From: Antedon mediterranea
Taxonomy: Eukaryota > Animalia > Echinodermata
Reading direction: 5' to 3'
NCBI RefSeq assembly: GCF_964355755.1
Contig: NC_092679.1
Coordinates: forward strand, 23,977,432 to 24,041,431
DNA length: 64,000 nucleotides
Shown: in pieces, positions 26,201 to 35,200 of the stretch
Position numbering within the stretch: the first letter of the stretch is position 1
Layout of the letters: each line of letters opens with the position of its first letter
Notes under the pieces: generated by a model
The model's input: the letters and a program-made list of their open reading frames with translations, nothing else
The model's database searches: none
Told to the model about the DNA's origin: nothing
Made by a program: the position numbers and the translations under genes

Positions 26201-29200
26201 TTTCTGTTTTTGTATCCTTACTGCTCCAACTGTTGGTGGGGAAGTAAAACTCTGACATTTCCATAGCTGGGGTGCACACAATTGAAAACGCCCGTGTTGA
26301 TTACCCAGTGTGTGTAAACTCCCGAGCTATGCTATTAAATGTTAAATAAAGGGGTAGACTTGTACATTTTTAGCCCTGTCTACACTATCAAACTTTATGT
26401 GACAAAATGTGCCCATATATGGACATGATGATGTCATATATCACTACCATATTTGGGTACATCACACTTTTTTTGTCAAACTAATTTGATAGTGTAGACA
26501 GAACTTAAGATTGAACTCAATTCATGTGAAAAGACGAAAAACATAGGCAAACCGAATCATTTTAATGAAATTAAATTTTAAAATAGCCATTTGTTTTCCT
26601 GACATTGGTAATGAATTATCATATGAAATAATAAGACTCAATAATTTTTTTTTTACTAACAAAACTTTAAATGGTTATGAAATACACAAAAAAAGTAGAC
26701 AATTGATTTTGAAGACAGATGTCTGTTGGATGAGTCTTAATTACAAAAGCTAATTATCATTGAGAGATAGTGCAAATAATACAAATCGTCAACAATACAA
26801 CAAATAACCTCATTTTTTAACATTTAAAGGGGTGGCACATTATAAATGTTTTATTTTTGAACAAATTTGATAAATTTAGTATACTATAAGAAAATGTTAA
26901 ACTTTTATTGTAAACATTTTGATTTTAATTGAACCTACTTATGACAATGCATAAAGCTAAATAATGTTTATTAAAATTTAATAATCTAAAATTAGCATTT
27001 AATAATACTGTACATAATAAAGATATTAGAAATGAATTTATTTGGTTTAAAAAATATAAGAAACTGAATTTATTTGGTTTAGTAATATAAATATATAGCA
27101 AGTATGACATTTTTTTTTTACTTTGATATATGGGTCAGGTCTTTAAAGTGAACTTTCATGTATCTTTGTCATGTAAAGTTTATTGTACTTCTGTCTATTT
27201 AGCCTTTTCATGATTATCCTAATAGTATACAATGTGCCGCCGTAATGTTGTATCCAGTGTTCCATCTGTTACTCCGTCTCATCATTTTCAATTTAATAAT
27301 TTGGAAACAACAACTAAATGTATTATTAATAATAATAATAACAATTATTGTTAAAATTATGAATATAATCTTTTCCATGGTTTAATTACTTAGTCGTGAT
27401 CCAATAAAGATTCAATAAATGTGTGTTTGCTTAAATAATTCAAATATAAAAATAGATTTCTGCCCCTTTTTAAATGTATCTCACTTACTCATCTATTACA
27501 TGTATCAAATGATTACCTTCATTTTCATTTCAATTCACATTTATTCAATTAATGAAAACTATAAACAATGTAAACAATGTAAACAACTAAGAGTGGCAAG
27601 TTAGAACTCTCCAAACAACCAACTATTATTTAATAATACATTTAATATAAGGTGATTATGTATGTTTGTTTATATTAATAGGTTGACTTGGCTAAGCACC
27701 CTGGCTTCATGGGTGGGCTTCAAAGAAATAAAAGTACCGGTGACACGGCTCCTTACTACGCCACGTCAACGATGGAAGTTATCTTCCATGTTTCAACTCG
27801 TATGCCATCCAGTCCTGATGATCTCAATAAGAAAGTAAGTTCAAAACCTTCTATCACTAATTTTATGTAGAAACATGAAAGCAAATGGATATGCTCAATG
27901 AATTTTAAACATATTTTTTGCAGCTAAGGCACCTGGGAAATGATGAAATTCATATAGTTTGGTCAGAACACACCCGTGATTACAGACGTGGTATCTTAGC
28001 AACTGAGTTTGGTGATGTCATAATTGTTATTTATCCATTAGCCAATCAACTGTTCAGGATACAGATTTTAAGAAAACCAGAGGTATGTCAACTTTAAATT
28101 TAATTAATTTGATTTGAATGTTGGTTGCATTTTGTTAATATTATATACCCACAGCATTGTCATTTTTTTCAGTAATTTGCTTTTGGATTTATATTTAATG
28201 TATATCAAAGAATATAAAAGACATATTTTTACACTAAAAATTTAAAAAAAAGCTGAAGAAGAATATACTTTCACTCTTATATTGCACACTAATTGTAATA
28301 ACTTCTATATACCGCAAAGTGGGGTGTTTATTTGGATAAATATGGTATAAGATATAAGCAACATACATAACTGTGTGTGGCAACGTTTCATGTCTAGTCA
28401 AAGACACAACAAGTCCATTTCCGCTAATCTTATATCCTAAGCATCTAACTGGATATAGGACAACTTACATAAATGTTTTATTTATTTCCTATTTGGCAAA
28501 AATTTGAATAAATAAAATAAAAGTAACTTTAAATATAAATATTTAATGTAATATACACCTTATTATTAAACCAGGGATAGAGAACTTCAATTAGACTATT
28601 TGATTTTAATCCGGAGAGAAGTCTTTAAATGGAAATGTAATCGAATCAACAGTTGGAAATCAACACAACATTGAATAATAATAAAATATGATTGTAATCA
28701 CTTTGAGTAGAGATCATGAATTAACTAATCAATCCAAATTGAAAAAAAGGTTTACTTAACAATTATAATAAAAGCTTTACATTGATATTATAATGACACA
28801 ATTCTACAATGAACATTTAAAGTACAAAGAATCCAAAAACAATTAAAAGCATATAGAACATGCACTAATCAATCCAGTCTTTGTATTCCAATCCTCATTT
28901 CTGAAAGTGCTCCAAAAAATGTATTATTATTGAAATTGTACCAATTACTTATGTCCTTGGTAAAGAGATTTTATCTTCTTTCTATGTCTTTTCCACGAAT
29001 ACTTTTGTATGCACAGGATTTATTAGGGTTGTATGGAATTGCTTATCTATCCATTTATCTATCTACTAATACAGAGAAGTTTGGAAAGTGCTTTGAAATA
29101 TTACTAATGATCAAAACACTGTATGATGGTGAGATGATGTTTTCCCAACTTGAATGCGATTACATTTGAAAATACTAATTAGCATGTTCTCAGGTGGATC

Positions 29201-32200
29201 ATGAAGCCATGAATATTAATGAGATATTTGTTCTTATCTATCCACTACTATGTAGGTTAATAATATAGGAAAGTGCTTTGGAAATATTGCTGATATCTAT
29301 ATGCAGACCTCCCTTGCAAAAAAGAAATATTGGGAGGCTTTAGAGGGCGCTATAATAATACATCAAACCATAGAGGGTGCTATTAGTCAATTGGTCAACT
29401 CATGAAATATTCTTACCATCCAACTCATAAACATTCATTATTTGTATACTATTGCATGCATCCATACACCTAGACATAGCGCATGTTATAACATACAATA
29501 GGCATTGGCATGCTTAAGGTGGAAAGTAGAGTAAAATTTCTCAGGCTTTGTAATGTTCATAAAATTGTCAATAACAATGCAGCTCCATATCTATCTGAAC
29601 ATTTCTCACGGACATCCACAATCCACACACATAACACACGCCAACGTAATGTTAATCTGGTTTTACCTCTACTTAAAGGAAATAAACAGTCTCATTCTAC
29701 TTTTTTCTTCTCTGCTATCAAAGACTGGAACGCTCTTCCATCAAACTTAAAATTAATTTCCAACTTAACTACCTTCAAATCTCATATTAAAAAACATTTT
29801 GAACGCAATATTTTATATTTAGAATAATTTTGATAACTATAATGGTCTTGATTACGTGCAATTTTTCTCATTTCTTGTTTGCTTTCTCTTTTAATTTTTC
29901 TGTTTTACTGGGCTTTATTTTAATGTATATTTTTATATTTATAGTTTTATTAATGTTGTATTTTCTCTTGTTTGTTATGTGCAATTTGGACCCCATTGGA
30001 AATGGGCTGGTTTTTCCGGCCTAATGGGTGTTCCTGATGCTCGTTATTTTGTCTTTTGTCTGTTTGTTATTTTAATGTTGAGCATCAAATAAATTCAATC
30101 AATCAATTCAATCAGGGGATACTTTGTTTTTTGTTTTGTTTTTTGTTTTTGTTTGTTTTCTGACTGGCCTTAAAGTAATACATAATTAAACAGCATGTTT
30201 TTTTCCGTTTCAGGTTCCGTTTTTTGGCCCATTGTTTGACGGTGCAATTGTAGACCACAAGGTTTTACCAGAACTAGTGCGTGCCACTGCAGTCAGTGCC
30301 AGCCGAGCTAAGCGATCGGTTATACCATTATATCAGAAATTGTATCCTTTCAATTAAAAATGTTTTACATTTAGGGAAAAGGTAAGTTTTTTAACATCAT
30401 CTTCTAATATTTTAAGCACCAATGCATGTGGTTGGATTCCTGGGTATAAATGCTAGTAGTCCTTACCTTGGCTCCAGCAATGTTGTTCAATGGACTACCA
30501 GTTTTAGAGCTAAACATAGTGTGAATCCATATGAACAAACACAACAAAATGCTATTTCTCTAATACTAATTAATATCTCTAACACAAATTTATTAATTAA
30601 AACTTTGAATAGGCCATTTCACAGTTTTAATAAAGTAAATAATTTTTAACAAATAATTTTTTGTGTTAAATTACAGTTTTTCGGGTAAATTTTTTTAAAT
30701 TTTAAGTAACATATTAGAAAAAATGTTTTTTTTTATGGTTTTTCAGGAGAGCAATATATATTTAATATTTATGTATACTTTATCCTGCTGTAATCATGTC
30801 GATATAATTCTAAGTAATTTTTTTTTTCAAATAAATTATTGAATATTAAACATTTCCATTTATTCAAAAACCTGAAAATGGAAAATAATGACAAAGGGAT
30901 TATGTATCATTTTAGCTTAATCCCAGCTTAATCCCAGCTTATAATACTGAATGAATATAAGAATACAGTTATAAATATTGAAACTGACTGTTTAAATAAT
31001 TTGTAACATAATCTGGCTTTTGGATTAATGTAAAGGGTGGAGACAATAATACCTAGTAATGGTTTCTCCTAATCAACTGCATCGGGGCTTTAGAAATACT
31101 TAATTTAATATGCAGAAATATTCAGAATCGTCACTTATTTAAAGTGGAGTGATTATCTCTGTATCTCTTAATGCTAAAACCTAATGTTAGCATTATGAGA
31201 TGGGTTATGGGATGTTTATAACCTATGATTCATGCCCTACTGGTAATGCTAGCATTATGAGATGGGTTATGGGATGGTTATAACCTATGATTCATGCCCT
31301 ACTGGTAATGCTAGCATTATGAGATGGGTTATGGGATGGTTATAACCTATGATTCATGCCCTACTGGTAATGCTAGCATTATGAGATGGGTTATGGGATG
31401 GTTATAACCTAGGATTCATGCCCTACTGGTAATGCTAGCATTATGAGATGGGTTATGGGATGGTTATAACCTAGGATTCATGCCCTACTGGTAATGCTAG
31501 CATTATGAGATGGGTTATGGGATGGTTATAACCGATTATGGGATGGTTATAACCTATGATTCATGCCCTACTGGTTAATTGCATATAGTGCTGTACCATG
31601 CGTTACATCTTTACTTTATGAGAAAGAGTTCATTATTTTGGATTAAGCAAGACAGTTACTGTATTGTAATAATGATAATAACTTAGTACAGTATGATTCA
31701 CACCATATTAGGTTATGTTTAATTACACATGTATGGAAACCTTAATAAAACTATTGAGTTGATTGGACGTCCAAAATCTCCTCTCCCCCACCAACCACCC
31801 CACCCCACTAAAAACATATTGTTAATCATCGCTGTGTGAACATGGGTAACATTTCAATTTAGAAGGTATCAATAACCTGTTAGTGGCAGTAATTATTGCT
31901 GTTGGTTTTGATCGAATAAAATAAACAGAAAATAAAATAAGATTACTATCAGTATAGTGAAACATAAAAATAAACCCCAGCCCCCTCTTTCCCCTGCCCA
32001 GAAAAACTTTTTATTTACCTTTCCAACCTTCCTCACCTTTCTTTTTAACCTTTCTGTATACATAGATACAAACCTTACACAAAGTAATTAATACTTAATA
32101 TTTTCGCCAAAGTCAAATATCAGATACCAAATTCTAATACTCGTTAATGTACTCATTATAGGCAGTGCCACGTTGAATCTTCTAAATTAGTGTCTTGCTT

Positions 32201-35200
32201 ATAAGTTGCTTGTGTGAAGTATCGCACGCCAATTACAATTATCTGTGCATTGTTATTATTTAAACCATTCATTCTTCGCCAAGGTCACATGATCAATTCC
32301 AAAAAGTAATATTTACACACGAAAAAAAAAGCATTACAGAAATTACCCAAGGTTGTTCGATAAAAGGAATTTGGCGTCGACGTTACGGATAATGGGTGCG
32401 GAAGTAGTTACGATACTTACATTATCGGACGCATTGTATTGGATTGTGAGATAGGGGACAAATTAACTATCGTATCCGGTAGGATTAGTGACTGTTTGAT
32501 CAATTGACGTCGTTAAAAATGATGAATTGCTAATGTTGTTAAATAATTCACATGATAAAACTAAACCTTTTAATATTCAAAAAGTGATTTTTGCTGTGGA
32601 GTTTTATAATTGTATTCATTAATTTTAATAATTTACTCACTCATTGTAGTTTATATTTGTTTTACCCTTGAAATCTGCTGTATATGTCACATATGTCACA
32701 TCAGACATATGTGACAGTATATATTAGTATATGTGACATCAGACTTCATAGTTTGACTGTATTGTATAGAGAGTTTTTTTTTTTTAAGCTAATATTAAAT
32801 AATAATCCCGATTTAAACAATTTACAAAACCTAAGGCGTTTCATGGAGCCATTCTCAGAATAAATAATGAATTTATTGTCAGAAATATAATATATTTCTT
32901 TATTTTTAAGATTTTTTTTTTACCAATCTTTGATTTATCTCATTTATTAGTTCACTGACCAGTTCACTGACCACAAGCCAGGCTTTAAATTGATTAATGC
33001 AAAAAAATAAATAAACTTAAAATAATTTAATTTATTAAAGTAACAGCATAAATGTATCACTTCTTTTACAACTAAGTAAAAGTTTTTCTTTTTCATAAAA
33101 ATTAAAGCCTAGCAAAGTCATAGAGCAAGTACTCGTAATACTTAAGAGCAGGTCTTAATTATCTTGTAGAACAGACAGAAATATGCAGAATTACGGTTTT
33201 AGAATCATTACTAAAAAGTAAAATGTAGCCCGAAGCAAGGCCAACTGATTGCTCTGTATAAATTTCGCAAACAAGTAGTCGGCGTGCGTATTAATGATTA
33301 TTACGGCACAAATTCCTCAGCTATAATCATTACGATCTTTCTTTAATGACGGGAGTGTTTGCCGCTTAGTCATGTGACCTTTATTAGTGGTTTAGTACAC
33401 TTATATTATTCTTATAAGAAAATATATATATATTCCATTTGTTTTATAAATCAGTAAAGTATATTCGCATAAACCTGAATAATGTCAACTGTAAGATAGA
33501 TAATATAGACATAATATAAAGATAATAGTAAATTTGATAATCAAAAGTTCTCACAACAATGGTCGTCTTAAAATCTTCAAAATGTGAACAAAAAAATAAA
33601 AATTCATACCATATTTAAAAAGATTATGAAAGCAATTTAAATTTGTCCTAAAGTTCTTAAGTAAACTACATAATTATTATTATTTAATTTTTACAATGCA
33701 TTTGGTTAAGTTCTTTGTATATCATACTGTACAATTGTTCCCAAAAGGCTTTCAAACACATGGACTTTAATGGCATTTCCAATACTGAATTGTCTAAATT
33801 TAGAAAGTTTTTTACCATTACTAAAATAAAAGATATTATTATTATCATAGAGATATTATATAATATCTCTATGTTATTATAAAGAAAATAAATATTAAGA
33901 AAAAAATGAAATCTATTTTGAAAGAACAACCAACGTTTATTTCTTTCTTTTTTTCTATTCATCATAAGCATTACATAAATAAGAAAAGTACAAAGAGAAA
34001 AAAAAGATTTGAAAGAGGGAATCTTGGAAGCTTATTATTATTATTATTATTATGAAAATAAATATTAAGAGGAAAATAAAATTTATGTTGAAAGAGTAAG
34101 AAGCAAAGTTGGACACGATAGATGAAATCTAAATAGACTGTTACATTGCAATTAAGATACAATAAGAAGATCTAAGTGTTAATAGCTTTACATGAAAGAC
34201 AATGAGCTGCTAGAAATTACCGATTGGCGACAAACTTTGTTGTTCACGTCCCTCTGGGTATGTATACTGAGTACATTACCACTTAATTAGGTACGGTTCA
34301 TAGAACATGAATAGATTCTAGACAAGGAACGCCAACTAAAACAATATTTACTCAGACAAATGAACATTTAGTTATGGAATGGAGAAGATTATACCATCTG
34401 CTAATAAAACTTTTTACTTTTATTGTTTCGTAAGTGTCTTATGGCTTTGTGTATTTGTAATTAGGTAGATTATTGCGGAAGCCTTTGTACTCTGGTATGC
34501 GTATATTTATGAATTAACTCCTGAGACATCAAATGTCTTTAAATAGTTCTGTACGTGATTAAGTATACTGTTCTTTATATATTTTTAATAAACGATTTAT
34601 TATAAAAAAAATTTGAAAAAGTAATAAATATAATTTATATACAAAATTCATTTAATTCTGATAATTTAAATTAATAATAAAACAACAGCAAACATACACA
34701 TTAAAATATTATTTCTTTTTATATTAATATGATTGTGGTTGTAAGTAAAAATACATATAAATTAAAATTTCTTTTTTTTTTAAATAGAAATCATAATAAT
34801 AAATGAATTTGATTTTCACAGTGTTATATTATATTATAATGTTATATCTTATTATTATGTTGTATTCACTTAGTTATTTAATTTATACTATTTATTTATA
34901 CTTATTCAAAAAAATCAAAAGAATTGTATGTAACTACGGTATGTTATGTGGAAACAGGGAACAAAATTAAATTGTAGACCAATCAAATATTTTCTTGAAT
35001 ATATAAAAAGTACAAAATAATTTATATAATTAATAATTATGAATGAATAGGAACAGAATTAATTTATTTTATTTTCTTTATAAATTATTATTATTCACTT
35101 ATAGGAAATTTAAGTATGTTTACTATAAGTAATTTGAAAGAGGCAAAAAAGAAAACGATAGACCAATCACGAACAAATACTTTGTTGACAATGTCATTTT

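Noticed and set aside
28375-28425. Third hammerhead-like remnant on the minus strand
   Set aside because: GAAACGUU and a stem are present but the CUGANGA box is destroyed; too degenerate to call.
29510-29827. Host gene nested in intron 38
   Set aside because: The peptide is the C-terminal end of a LINE ORF2, lacking RT and endonuclease domains.
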